A DNA stretch of 64,000 nucleotides, taken from positions 160,001-224,000 of the forward strand of contig CAWJYV010000008.1 of assembly GCA_963847185.1 (NCBI GenBank). The letters run 5' to 3'. This DNA comes from an uncultured Methanosarcinaceae archaeon (GTDB lineage Archaea; Halobacteriota; Methanosarcinia; Methanosarcinales; Methanosarcinaceae). Under the pieces are notes generated by a model that worked only from the letters and a program-made list of their open reading frames with translations, was not told the origin of the DNA and did no database searches. The position numbers were made by a program, and so were the translations under genes. Every line of letters starts with the position of its first letter. Positions within the stretch are counted from its first letter, which is position 1. Below are positions 29,377 through 40,396 of the stretch, piece by piece.

Positions 29377-31502
29377 TTATTGCTGGATATATTTTCTATT
29401 CACATCCAAAACTTCATTCCTGAATTCAATAATAAATTTCGTACCCTCTCCTCTTTCCAGATAAAGGCTGCCCTCTATCTGATCCACAAGGGCATTCACA
29501 AGCTGCAAACCTAGTGTATCAGGATTTCTGAAATCAATTTTCTCTGGAAGCCCCCTGCCATTATCTGCAAATACAAGCTTATAGCGTTCACATGTCTCTG
29601 GCATTTTCTGGGAATTCGCAAAAAGAGTTTTATCAGACTTTTCGTTTTCCCTTTCCATGAATTTTTCTCTTATCAATGAGATCCGGATTTCTCCCTTGAT
29701 CCCTGCTGGAAAAGCATATTTTATCGAGTTGGTGAAAAGTTCATTGATTATGATACCTAGGGAAATTGCAGTATCAACGAAAAGAAAAATATTGCTTTCA
29801 TCCAGATCTACCTGGACTTTGCAATCTTCTATATTGTATGTACTGGTTAAATCTGCTACTAATTTGCGTAGGTAGGATGAAAAATCAAGGGAATCCAGCT
29901 TTCCTGTTTCATAAAGCTCCTGATGTATAAGAGATATGGATAGGATTCGGCTTTCACTTTCCTTGAAAGCTTCAATAACTTTTTTGTCACTGAACTTTTC
30001 AGCCTGAAGGCTCAGGAGAGAGGAGACTATCTGCAGGTTATTTTTAATTCTATGATTGATCTCTTTTTTTCGAAGTTTCTCAATCTTCTTCTTTTCAGTA
30101 ATATCTCTACAGGTTATCAGAATTCCTATTATTTTCCCATCTTCGCCTGTTACTGGAACTGCCTGAATAAACCATACATCTCCATTTTTTGCAATAAACT
30201 CTGCTGACTTTTTATTACCTGTTACAAAGATCTGTTCAAGCTGCATGTGTTCAGACAATGACCCACTTATTCCCGGAGCGGATTTAAGGAACATCCCAAT
30301 TGCTTCTTGAAGGCTCATCTCCATATATTCCAGGGAGGCTTTGTTCGCCCAGATCAGATTAAGGTCAGGGTTTACGAAGACAACCAGTTCCTCAAGAGAA
30401 TCTAAGAGAACTTTCTTTTCTCGTTCCTGATCTTTTAACTCCTGCTCTGCCAGATATATCTCAGTTAACATTCCGTTTATTTCCTTTGACAGGCGATAGA
30501 GCTCATCATTATCTTTGAGAGGTAGTCTTCTGGAAAGATCTTTTTCCGACCTTACTTTCATAACAAAATTATCTATTTTGACTAATCTGTAAATGAAAAG
30601 CCTGTCAAGAGCATACTTTACCCCGACACCTGTCATAAGCCCGGTTAACAGAAGGAAAAAATACATATAATTTAGGGTTTTTTCGCCATGTTTATAGAGG
30701 TCTCTTGGAAAATCTGCTCTCATGATAAGGGCGGGTCTGCCTGAAACATCCTTTAATTCAAAATAACCTGCCACTCGCTCTTCATTAAGAGGTTCTACTA
30801 TTGCCTTCCCCGGGAGTCCGGGAAAGTTATTAATTTTTGTCTGGAAATCAGGGGGCATATCTTTATCTATCCTGTACATCAAAAGAGAAGAGCGGGTAGC
30901 TTTTTTGAGTGAATTGAGGAGGGGATCGTCAAAGTATCTTCCAAAAATTAAAGTGCCCTTCATGGGAGACCCTTACAACTTGTTGTAAGGATTGGGTGGC
31001 AGGAAATAAACATTGGATCTTCATCAATCAAGATGATGCCGTTTATAATATCATCATCTGATTTTGCGAGAAGAGTTCCGTTTTCTATCCATTTAAACAG
31101 GTCTTTTGGAACCGATTTTTCCTCTGATGTATTAATATCTACAGATTTTGCATAGACTATAGATCCTGAGTTATTTACAAAAACAACTGTGTTAATATTA
31201 ATCCCAATAAGAGCTTGATTTAGAAGATTTGAACTTATATACTGTTGGTTCCTATCTTCGATAAATCTGTAAGTGTCATCCCAGCATGCCCAATCCTGCA
31301 CTATTTGATCAAGGTATCCCTGCTCAGTCAAGAGCGCGTTTTGCACTCTTTCTACATTCTCCAATGTGTCCGCCTGTTCAAGCTCCAAAAAGTTGGAAAG
31401 CTGCATATTGTGGGAAAATGTGAATGCAGCAGTAAGGACGGCAAAAATTAATAGGGTTATTATAAGAACCTTTTTACTTATGTCTATACAGATACCCCAC
31501 AA
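29377..31502 (-). pseudogene. CHASE4-HAMP-PAS-HisKA_2 sensor histidine kinase, frameshifted at ~30965
   Basis: DWACWDDTY (CHASE4), GTLIFGRY, NDELYRL (HAMP), EINHRIKNNLQ, ELFTNSIKYAF, DNGRG, TLGLQLV; the two ORFs overlap at 30960-30963. Confidence 0.85.
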
Positions 31503-32175
31503 TTTCGGAGTGAAACAAGCTTGAAAATTAATTTCTATAACAGAAGGACACTATATAAAATATCTGATATTGGTGAAATAAATTTGGAAGTTATATGAGT
31601 AACGGACCAAAAAAGAAAATGTTAACATTTGCGGAGTTGTAGTTTCGAACCTTGATATCGTTAGTAACTGAGTATAAAACGTATGTTAGAATGTTCTCTA
31701 TAAATGGGAATGGGTAGAAAGTTCTGATTTCAGATTACTATGGACTTGATAATCTACGAAAGTATACGAGGCAAAATAACCTAAAGGACAAAGTAAATAA
31801 TAGAGTTTCGGAAAAGACCCGAAGCGCTGTACTACTTTTACTGCATCTTCCAATACAGTTTCCTCAAATATCATGTTCCCTCATGTATGTCGATTTAAAG
31901 AAAAAGCAGCAACTTCCGGTAGTTACAGATCATGTCAGTGAAAACAATCTGTGTCAATTTTATTATATCACTATTTATGATTCTCTTATATGGAAACTAA
32001 ATCCCACGGTAAATTTAATTTTCAAATTTTTTAATGAATTCTGGAAAATGAGTATGCATTTTATTTTAAAAAAGAGAGGGAGAGTCTTTTATTTCAACTT
32101 TTAGCAGCTCCCTCAAGGTCAAATCCTCAAGTGGTCTAAATAGCAATAATTACATGAGCTGATCGTGTTTTTATT

Positions 32176-32946
32176 TTACAAATGAGTATTTCCTATTCTA
32201 ATCTCATTTGTCGCTTTCCAGAAACCAGGGATATAGTGCTGCGTATAAGTAACCTTATGTCTTACTTTTGCTTCCTTTGTCCCTTCCCAGGAGCCTGGGA
32301 TATATCGAGGTTTACTCTCTATCTTGAAAGTTTCCTCAGTCGCTCTCCACAGGCCTGGGATATAACGAGGTTTATAATTCACCTTCGGTTTCATTTTTAT
32401 TTCTCTTATTCCCTTCCAGAAACCAGGAGTATAGTGAGGTTTGCTCTCCATCTGGGCAGTTTCCTCAGTCGCTCTCCACAACCCAGGAACATAACGAGGA
32501 GTGTAATTAACCTTATGTTTTACCTTTGTTTCTTCTGTTGCTTTCCACCAGCCAGGGCTATAACGAGTGTTGTTTTCGAGTTGGGAGGGTTCCTTAGTCG
32601 CTCTCCACAATCCTGGGACATAACGAGGAGTGTAATTAACCTTATGTTTTACCTTTGTTTCTTCTGTTGCTTTCCACCAGCCAGGGCTATAACGAGTGTT
32701 GTTTTCGAGTTGGGAGGGTTCCTTAGTCGCTCTCCACAATCCTGGAACATACCGAGGTGTATAGCTAACTTTCGGTTTTACCTTTACTTCTTCTGTTGCT
32801 CTCCAGAAGCCAGGATTGTAATGAGATTTATAGCTAACTTTCTCATCTATCTTTAAAATTTTCTTGCCTTCAGTTTTGGTCTGTTTAGTCATTTTGTCAG
32901 CTTTTGCTTTTGCTGTATGTTTCTTAGCCAAGTAAATTTCCCCCAA
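32176..32946 (-). CDS. Basic repeat protein with ten YxPG(F/L/W)W(R/K)ATEE-like motifs
   Basis: Long ORF with alternating 23/20-aa motif spacing; RBS GGGGA before TTG 32931. Confidence 0.7.
   Translation of the reverse strand: MGEIYLAKKHTAKAKADKMTKQTKTEGKKILKIDEKVSYKSHYNPGFWRATEEVKVKPKVSYTPRYVPGLWRATKEPSQLENNTRYSPGWWKATEETKVKHKVNYTPRYVPGLWRATKEPSQLENNTRYSPGWWKATEETKVKHKVNYTPRYVPGLWRATEETAQMESKPHYTPGFWKGIREIKMKPKVNYKPRYIPGLWRATEETFKIESKPRYIPGSWEGTKEAKVRHKVTYTQHYIPGFWKATNEIRIGNTHL
32489..32745. repeat. 129-bp tandem duplication (128 bp identical) inside the repeat-protein gene
   Basis: 32489-32616 equals 32618-32745. Confidence 0.9.
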
Positions 32947-33347
32947 ATATAATTTAGTTTTTTACTGCGAAATAATCGCGAAAAAATCAAATGCTTCAGA
33001 TAAAGCCCATACTACGTTAGATAATGAAATCTAACATACTAATAAATATTAGTTAGTAGTATTTAGTTTTTTTGCACGAGTTTGGGAATTTTCTGACAAG
33101 TCTTCGTAATAAATAATCTGGAAGACATCTGAGATTAAATTTAACAGCTAAGATTTCAGCAAAGAAATCATAGTCAAAAGAGAAAAGCTCTATTTCTTTA
33201 TTCTTAATACGGAAGCAGTATCCCGTATGACTGAAAAATCACGTCCAGCAGTTTCTCATGAACCCTGCTGAATTTAACAGTTACAAATAAATAGTATATG
33301 GATTCCCAGGACTGTAAGGACACATTAGACGGGAATCCTCTTCTTAT

Positions 33348-33923
33348 TTAATCCTGCACCACTTCGGGAACTTCATAGGTTGCTAGATAATCCGGCTCGT
33401 AATATATAGAGTCACCCCAGGATATGATTTCTGCTATCTCAACAAAGGATATTGGACGATAGTCCGTAAGCTCTGTTGAGACATTTATTGTTTTCCTTTC
33501 GTGATCTATAAAAGGATGTTTTTCAAGATCGTGGCTGCGAAGATGTGCGTGGATTATCCAGCCATCGAAGTTCTCTGGTGCATCTGCGGGGTCATGTACA
33601 AGACAAAATTGTTCATCATCAACGTTTACAATCACATAGTCCAGGAGGAATTCTGTGCTTTCAGAACTTTCCTGTTCTCCTTTAATAAATACAATGTTTC
33701 CTGACAGGCGCTTTAACCAATAATCCATATCTTTTGCGTTTTCTCCATCTGAAAGGTCGCCCAGAAAATAAACGATGTCGTCCACGCACACCGTATCGTT
33801 CCATTTTTCGAGCAACACTCTATTCATCTCTTCTACGTCCATAAACGGGCGGTTATGGCACCGGATTATGTTTGTATATCCGAGATGAAGGTCTGCTGTT
33901 ACATAGAGGTTGGACTGACACAC
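33348..33923 (-). CDS. Calcineurin-like metallophosphoesterase (COG4186-like), degenerate motifs
   Basis: TADLHLG, WNDTV..DDIVYFLGD, LVHDP, INVS; expected GNHD reads GEQE and HGHxH reads HAHLR. Confidence 0.75.
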   Translation of the reverse strand: MCQSNLYVTADLHLGYTNIIRCHNRPFMDVEEMNRVLLEKWNDTVCVDDIVYFLGDLSDGENAKDMDYWLKRLSGNIVFIKGEQESSESTEFLLDYVIVNVDDEQFCLVHDPADAPENFDGWIIHAHLRSHDLEKHPFIDHERKTINVSTELTDYRPISFVEIAEIISWGDSIYYEPDYLATYEVPEVVQD

Positions 33924-34751
33924 ACTATATCACCAGATATATAATGATTTTTAATTATAAATAAATGTATCACAACATATGAAAAAACAGAATGTTTTGG
34001 TTAGTTTTGTCAAATATATACAAAACCAGTTATTATAATCTTCAAGGAAAATAATTCATGCCGTTTCCACAGTAAAATTTCAGGGTTTTATATTTTTTAA
34101 CTGGTCTAATTATTTTGTATAAACTCTCAATCCATTTTATCCCTCTGAATCTGTCCCCTAACCTTGAATCCAAACTCATCCTGGCCACTATGGTCTTATT
34201 GCTGGCATATTTGATGGACTTGGAATTTCAAGTTTAATTGAAACTCTCCTCCCCAAGAAAAGTGGGCACAATATCCCTCATTCTACTATTCTTAAGTTAA
34301 TGTGCATCAACGATTTAGGTTTTTACTGAACGTCGTCTTTACCTAGTTCTTTCTTTTTTGAAAACTTCCCAACTGAAATGTTGCTGAGATAAGTTGTTCT
34401 CCTGGAAAACCTTAATGATGATGTTTTTGGAATCATATGATACTGAACACAGATACAGCCCCACTTTTTATTGCCTGAATTCTTGAGCAAAGTAAAATCT
34501 ATGCCGTTGTTGAGAAGCTTGCAAAGAAAAGAGAAAAACAAATTTTTCGTATCTTCTTCAAATTGTATGGGTAAAAGTAAATTTCACGTATTTGCTGAAA
34601 ACTTAATAATTTTGCCAAATCTAAAAAACATCTTCTGACGACGCATTCAACTTTAGAACTGTATGGTAAAATTGTTGCACAGTTTTCGAGCTGAAAAATT
34701 CTCCCTCGAATTTGAAGAGGATACAATTTTTCGAATAATTCCCTTGACATT

Positions 34752-34991
34752 CTAAGGGTGTACCTTTGTCAGTGATGTGATTAAACATCTTTCTGTATCA
34801 ATCTTAATCATCATCACACGATACTTCTTTAGAGAAGAAATATATTTTAAAACTCTATGCTGACTTAATTGCTCAGTAAAACAGTAATCAACAAAATCAA
34901 AAATTAGTTTCTTGTTTGTGTCAGAAATCGGTGTGGCTTTTAACGATTCAAGCCTTTTTTGGAGACTGAAGTTATGTATCCCTACTTCCAC
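34752..34991 (-). mobile_element. Truncated N-terminus of a tyrosine recombinase/integrase beside tRNA-Thr
   Basis: IHNF..KRLESL...ISDTNKKLIFDFVDYCFTEQLSQHRVLKYISSLK resembles N-termini of archaeal tRNA-adjacent integrases; starts ~50 nt from the tRNA 3' end; no catalytic domain. Confidence 0.6.
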
Positions 34992-35041
34992 TGTACCACT
35001 TCTTTAAGTGAAAAAGTAGGCTTTGAACTGAAAAAACGATA

Positions 35042-35115
35042 AGCCTCGTGCGTGATTTGAACACGCGACCTAGTGATTACAAGTCACTCGCTCTACCGGG
35101 CTGAGCCAACGAGGC
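35042..35115 (-). tRNA. tRNA-Thr(TGT)
   Basis: GCCTCGT/ACGAGGC acceptor, AGTGA-CT-TGT-AA-TCACT anticodon arm, GCGTG-TTCAAAT-CACGC T-arm, discriminator U. Confidence 0.95.
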
Positions 35116-35289
35116 AAACTGCAACTGACAGCAGACTTATCTAATTACAATACTCACAGATAAACTTTATGGCAGGATTCTCCTTTTGGAAGCAACTTAT
35201 TAAATTTTTATCTATTTTCCTTTATATGTTTTTATCTTTTTATCGTAACACACAAGCCTTATGGCATTCCTGCTATATATCTCGTTTAA

Positions 35290-35877
35290 ATGTGGCAGGA
35301 AATTGCAAAACACGGGTGCAAGCTGGTTGAACATGGGCTTGTAGAATCCAATTTCGGAAACATCAGTATTCGAGCTGGCGATAAGATGCTCATTACCAGG
35401 ACCGGTGCTGCGCTTGATGAGATCACGGAAAATAGTGTTGTTGAGGTGGACACTCAGGGCGTTTCATCCCTGGACATTATCGCGTCTTCTGAGGCAGTCG
35501 TACACAGGGAGATCTACAGGCGCACTCCGGCTCTTGCGATCATCCACGTTCATTGTCAGTATGCAGTTGTGGAATCCTTGCTTGCAGGCCCTACAGGGGT
35601 AATCGTTCCTGTGGATAGTGAGGGACAGTATTTCCTTGGAGATATTCCGGTCGTAGGAGGAGGAATTGGCAGTCATGAGCTTGCAGACAATCTTGCAGAT
35701 GCCCTGTCCAGGCATCGGGGTGCTATAGTGTACAGCCATGGAACTTTTGCAATTGGGAGGACGCTTGGAGAGGCTTATGTCGTGACAACGCAGATAGAGC
35801 ACTCCTGTAAAATTAAGTATCTGTACGAAGATGCAGTTGCAAAAAGAGGGAATGTGGGAAAAGAGGGAAATGATTAA
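35290..35877 (+). CDS. Class II aldolase/adducin family protein
   Basis: GNISIR, ASSEAVVHREIY, IIHVHC, HGTFAIG. Confidence 0.9.
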   Translation: MWQEIAKHGCKLVEHGLVESNFGNISIRAGDKMLITRTGAALDEITENSVVEVDTQGVSSLDIIASSEAVVHREIYRRTPALAIIHVHCQYAVVESLLAGPTGVIVPVDSEGQYFLGDIPVVGGGIGSHELADNLADALSRHRGAIVYSHGTFAIGRTLGEAYVVTTQIEHSCKIKYLYEDAVAKRGNVGKEGND

Positions 35878-36072
35878 GTTTATCTATTCAATGTGCAGAT
35901 TACCAGACATGTATCCTTAAGTATAAATATAAAAAACAGGTAAACACAGAAACAATATCGATAAGCGAGTAGATCAGCAGATCCAGCCCTTAATTCGGGG
36001 CAAGATGAGTTGCCTGCTTTTGTGACAGCTTTTTATCACGGATATCTAAATAAAGGAAGAATCTCGAGTACC

Positions 36073-36684
36073 ATGACGTTTAATACCCTGAGACCTTTTG
36101 CCACTAAAGTTATTGACCCTCTGGCAGATTTCTTTGTCAGATGTGAGGTCTCACCTGATACAGTTTCCCTGGCTTCCCTTGTCTGTGCCTTTTTTGCGGG
36201 GCTGAGCTTTTACTATTCCCCTGTAGCTAAGGAGTTAATCCTGCTGGCAGGCATTCTGGTTGTATTCAACTCCGTTCTTGATGCCCTTGATGGGTTGATT
36301 GCGCGAAAATCCAATCGTGCCACTCCCAGGGGAGATTTTCTGGATCACGTTATAGACCGTTATTCGGATGTCTTTATTATATGCAGTATCTTTTTTGCAG
36401 GTTACGTGCAATGGCAGATCGGGGTCGTGGCAATTGTAGGGGTCATGCTCACCAGTTATCTGGGTACCCAGGCTCAGGCTCTCAATCTGGGAAGATACTA
36501 TGGAGGGATTATGGGCAGGGCTGACCGCCTTGTAGTCATAATCCTTGCTTCTTTCATTAACTTTGCCTTTTCAGCTTCAATAGGAGGTTTTTCAATCCTC
36601 GGCTGGGCTGTCATCCTCATTGCAGTAACCAGCCATATTACTGCACTCCAGCGGATCCTCCATATCTGGAAAAGGCTTGAATGA
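36073..36684 (+). CDS. CDP-alcohol phosphatidyltransferase (archaetidylinositol-phosphate synthase-like)
   Basis: DALDGLIAR...GDFLDHVIDRYSD signature. Confidence 0.9.
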   Translation: MTFNTLRPFATKVIDPLADFFVRCEVSPDTVSLASLVCAFFAGLSFYYSPVAKELILLAGILVVFNSVLDALDGLIARKSNRATPRGDFLDHVIDRYSDVFIICSIFFAGYVQWQIGVVAIVGVMLTSYLGTQAQALNLGRYYGGIMGRADRLVVIILASFINFAFSASIGGFSILGWAVILIAVTSHITALQRILHIWKRLE

Positions 36685-36783
36685 TTCTCACATTTTTATT
36701 TTTTCAATCAAAAGGCATTTCCCATGCTTAACTGCGGCTTCTGCAGCGGATAAGTTAATGTAACACAAAAGCAATACTTGACT

Positions 36784-37224
36784 ATGCCTTCTCAACAAAA
36801 AAAGTATGAGTATCTGGAGCATACTGCAGATATAAAGTTCATTGCTTATGGAAAAACTCTGGAAGAAATATTTGAAAATGCAGCTCTTGCTATGTTTAAT
36901 GTTATAATTGACACTGAGAAGGTTTCGGGAGAGACGGGAAGAGAAATTTATCTTAACTCTCCTGATCTGGAATCCCTTCTTGTGGATTGGCTTTCCGAGC
37001 TCCTGTATCTTTTCGAAGTCGATGAAATAGTTTTCAGGAAATTCCGGGTTGAAGAAATAAATGAAGAGAAAGGTGAGTATTCAATAAAAGCCAGGGCGGC
37101 AGGTGAAAAATACTATCCTGAAAGCCATCCTTTTGAAACCGAAATCAAGGCTGTTACGTATAATCAATTAGAAGTAAAGAAGATTGATGACGGCTGGAAA
37201 GCTCAGGTTGTTGTAGATATTTAA
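36784..37224 (+). CDS. Archease
   Basis: YEYLEHTADI, LLVDWLSELLY, EIKAVTY, VVVDI; adjacent to rtcB. Confidence 0.93.
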   Translation: MPSQQKKYEYLEHTADIKFIAYGKTLEEIFENAALAMFNVIIDTEKVSGETGREIYLNSPDLESLLVDWLSELLYLFEVDEIVFRKFRVEEINEEKGEYSIKARAAGEKYYPESHPFETEIKAVTYNQLEVKKIDDGWKAQVVVDI

Positions 37225-37599
37225 AAAACAGGAATTTACTCTATCCCTTATTGTTTTTCCTATCTGTATTGTTTTTCCTATCCCTTAGGGCTTTTATTTC
37301 CTTTTTTACCCTTCTTGCGACATACATATCTTCATGTATGTGAGTTGTTATTCTATTTCATCTATAATATTGAGAATCATCTGGTTCTAAGATAATTCAT
37401 CATGGTTCGACTGAATCCTTATACATTATTCATAACTTATCTCATTATCAGGCATTTCGAAGTATCTCTTGCTCTTAATGCAGCTTGACGATATGTCTTA
37501 ATTACATTTCAGAGTAATTTGCTGAACCTTCATAAAATGGAAGTAAATTAGTAGTTTTAGAATTATATATAAAACGTAAAGGAGCAGGGAGCATCAATT

Positions 37600-39102
37600 A
37601 TGGTAGAGAGTGAAGATACAGCTATTGAAGAATTAAACAAGGAAAATGTGCAGGCAGATGTAAAAAGTATGGTCCGGAAAATTTCTGAAAATAACTGGGA
37701 AATTCCTGTAGGACACATTCCCAGCATGAGAGTTCCGGGCCGTTTATTTGTATCCGAAAACCTGCTTAAAGATATTGAGCCCGGGACTATCGATCAAATT
37801 GCAAACGTAGCTACCCTCCCTGGCATTCAGAAGTATTCCATGGCAATGCCTGATGCCCATCTTGGCTATGGTTTTGCTATTGGAGGTGTTGCGGCTTTTG
37901 ATGCCGAAGAAGGAATTATCAGTCCTGGAGGAGTGGGCTTTGATATTAACTGTGGTGTAAGGTTAATTCGGACTAACCTTCAGAAGGAGGAAGTAGTTCC
38001 GTATATAAAGAATTTGACCGATGAACTGTTTAACAATGTGCCCGCAGGTGTAGGTTCAAAAAGCAGGTTCAGAGCTTCTGAACAGGAACTGGACAGTGCT
38101 TTTCTTGAGGGTGCAAAGTGGGCTGTAGAAGCAGGTTATGGAGTGGAAGCCGATGTTGAGCACTGTGAGGCAAATGGGTATCTGGAAGGAGCCGACACTT
38201 CATGTGTAAGCACCAAAGCCAGGAAAAGGGGAAAGCCTCAGTTAGGCACTCTCGGAAGCGGCAACCATTTCCTTGAAGTGCAGTATGTAGATGAGATCTA
38301 CGACAGAGAAGTAGCATCTGCTTTTGGGCTTGAAAAGGGCCAGGTCACGGTAATGATCCACTGCGGATCAAGAGGCGCCGGACACCAGATTTGTACGGAT
38401 CACCTGAGAGAGCTTTCGAAGGCTGTAAATAAATATGGAATTCAGATCCCGGATAAGCAACTTGCCTGTGCCCCAGCTCAGTCAAGAGAGGCACAGGATT
38501 ACTTTAAGGCCATGCTCTGCGCTGCAAACTATGCCTGGGCAAATCGACAAATGATTACTCACTGGACAAGGGAATCTTTTGAAAAGATATTTGGCAGGGA
38601 TGCCGATGATATGGGAATGAGCCTCCTTTATGATGTTGCTCATAATGTGGCAAAGCTCGAAGAGCACAATATTGATGGAAAGAAAAAAGAGGTTTACGTT
38701 CACAGAAAAGGGGCAACAAGGGCATTTCCTGCTGGACATCCCGAGGTTCCTGTCGATTACCGGGATTCGGGACAGCCGGTTTTGATTCCCGGAAGTATGG
38801 GAACTCCTTCTTTCATACTCTGTGGTTCAAAAGCTGCTATGGACATTTCTTTCGGCAGCGCCTGTCATGGAGCTGGCAGAATTATGAGCAGAGCGCATGC
38901 GAAGAAAGAGTTCCACGGCCAAAGTATAAAAGATAACCTTGAAGCCCGTGGAATTACTGTAAGAGCGACACACCCATCTGTAATTGCAGAAGAAGCTCCG
39001 GGTGTATATAAGTCTAGCAGTGAAGTGGTAAATGTTGTGCATGAACTGGGAATTGCCCGTAAGGTTGCAAGAGTTATTCCCCTTGGGGTTACAAAAGGTT
39101 AA
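37600..39102 (+). CDS. rtcB: tRNA-splicing ligase RtcB
   Basis: [57 protein letters not shown]. Confidence 0.97.
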   Translation: MVESEDTAIEELNKENVQADVKSMVRKISENNWEIPVGHIPSMRVPGRLFVSENLLKDIEPGTIDQIANVATLPGIQKYSMAMPDAHLGYGFAIGGVAAFDAEEGIISPGGVGFDINCGVRLIRTNLQKEEVVPYIKNLTDELFNNVPAGVGSKSRFRASEQELDSAFLEGAKWAVEAGYGVEADVEHCEANGYLEGADTSCVSTKARKRGKPQLGTLGSGNHFLEVQYVDEIYDREVASAFGLEKGQVTVMIHCGSRGAGHQICTDHLRELSKAVNKYGIQIPDKQLACAPAQSREAQDYFKAMLCAANYAWANRQMITHWTRESFEKIFGRDADDMGMSLLYDVAHNVAKLEEHNIDGKKKEVYVHRKGATRAFPAGHPEVPVDYRDSGQPVLIPGSMGTPSFILCGSKAAMDISFGSACHGAGRIMSRAHAKKEFHGQSIKDNLEARGITVRATHPSVIAEEAPGVYKSSSEVVNVVHELGIARKVARVIPLGVTKG

Positions 39103-39271
39103 AATAAAATCCCGAATCAATACAAAAGAACATTAAAGGAAAATTTAAATTATAGGGTGGAACTTCAACCCTCAACTCTTTTTAATTATCTTTAATTACC
39201 TTTAATCCTTTTTAATTCTTTAATACCGATCGTACGTTGCTCGTTCAAGTTTTTTGTCTTCTAAGCATTTT

Positions 39272-40396
39272 TCATTCTCTTAGAGGATAGTCCCGGTTTT
39301 TAAATTCTTGCATACCGACTTCAGAAATGCTGGATTTTGATTCCGGATTGAATCTGAATACAATCATGCTTGAGTAGGAGGAGGTCTCAAAAGGCGTACC
39401 GTTTTCCATGAATATATTCGAAAAATACCTGACAAGGTTTTGGATTACCTTTTCATTTTTAAAGTCGTGGAAAATTGTCACGGCTTCTTTGCCAGGCTCA
39501 AGGCAAATTTCTATATTTTTCACAAGCTGGATTGCCAGGTACATCCTCCTGAAATGGATTAGCAGATCAGGTAAACTCATATCACAGACTGACTGCTTGC
39601 ACAAACGTTCCAGAATTTTTGTTGGATTTGGAACTTCCCCTGTTGCAAAAATTTCAAATTGGCTTCTGTGTAGAGTTACGAGATTGAACCTCTCAACATT
39701 ATAAGTGTACATAAGTTGAGTCCAGAATTCGGTATTATCATCGAGTTCTTTACATACAACATCAAGGTACCCAAAATGTTTCCGGATTCCAGGCATAACC
39801 TCATTAGAGGAAACTGATAGATTTTTTTTGAATGAAATCTGAGTTGAGTTTGCTCTCCTGAAAACGTGCTCAACATCAAGTTGTCTCCATCTGGCCAGGA
39901 AGTGGGAAATTAGCTGGGCAAAAAACTCTCTGCTATTTACCGTGGCATTGGAAAGAAGTACGAGTGCAGATTCAGGATTATGGATATCCTCACATTTTAT
40001 CGAGGTCCGGATTGTCCACTGGTAAATTCTGGAAACTCTATTCAGGTACTCTTCAAGTTGTTTCATATCCTGAATTTCGAATGGATTAATCAGTTCATTG
40101 ACAAGCTCCTCATCCGTGAGCCTGCCTCTGGTGTACCTGAACAGCCACTCTAACATCGTTTTATTTATGACTATATTTTCCCCATTCTGGATTGTATCGT
40201 TTAACTCTTCTTTTGCAGGAGTTTCTTTTAAAAATCTGATTGCTTCGTCGATACTTTTGTGGTACTTAAGAGCCGTGTCTGAAATTTCAATTGTATCCCT
40301 GATTGCCGCACTCAAGTTTCCATCATTGATATCCATAAGAGGCTGCAGCTTTTTAAGGTATTTATCATCAAGGGATATATTTTTCCTGATTAGCAT
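39272..40396 (-). CDS. Conserved hypothetical protein with N-terminal ribbon-helix-helix-like motif
   Basis: MLIRKNISLDDKYLKKL...NLSAAIRDTIE; long ORF. Confidence 0.65.
   Translation of the reverse strand: MLIRKNISLDDKYLKKLQPLMDINDGNLSAAIRDTIEISDTALKYHKSIDEAIRFLKETPAKEELNDTIQNGENIVINKTMLEWLFRYTRGRLTDEELVNELINPFEIQDMKQLEEYLNRVSRIYQWTIRTSIKCEDIHNPESALVLLSNATVNSREFFAQLISHFLARWRQLDVEHVFRRANSTQISFKKNLSVSSNEVMPGIRKHFGYLDVVCKELDDNTEFWTQLMYTYNVERFNLVTLHRSQFEIFATGEVPNPTKILERLCKQSVCDMSLPDLLIHFRRMYLAIQLVKNIEICLEPGKEAVTIFHDFKNEKVIQNLVRYFSNIFMENGTPFETSSYSSMIVFRFNPESKSSISEVGMQEFKNRDYPLRE

Noticed and set aside
31699-31875. ~58-codon minus-strand ORF (MIFEETVLEDAVKVVQRFGSF...)
   Set aside because: RBS spacing is too short and there is no recognisable motif; cannot be supported without homology data.
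32182-32856. 224-aa ORF antisense to the repeat protein
   Set aside because: Shadow frame kept open by repetition; no RBS and no protein-like motif conservation.
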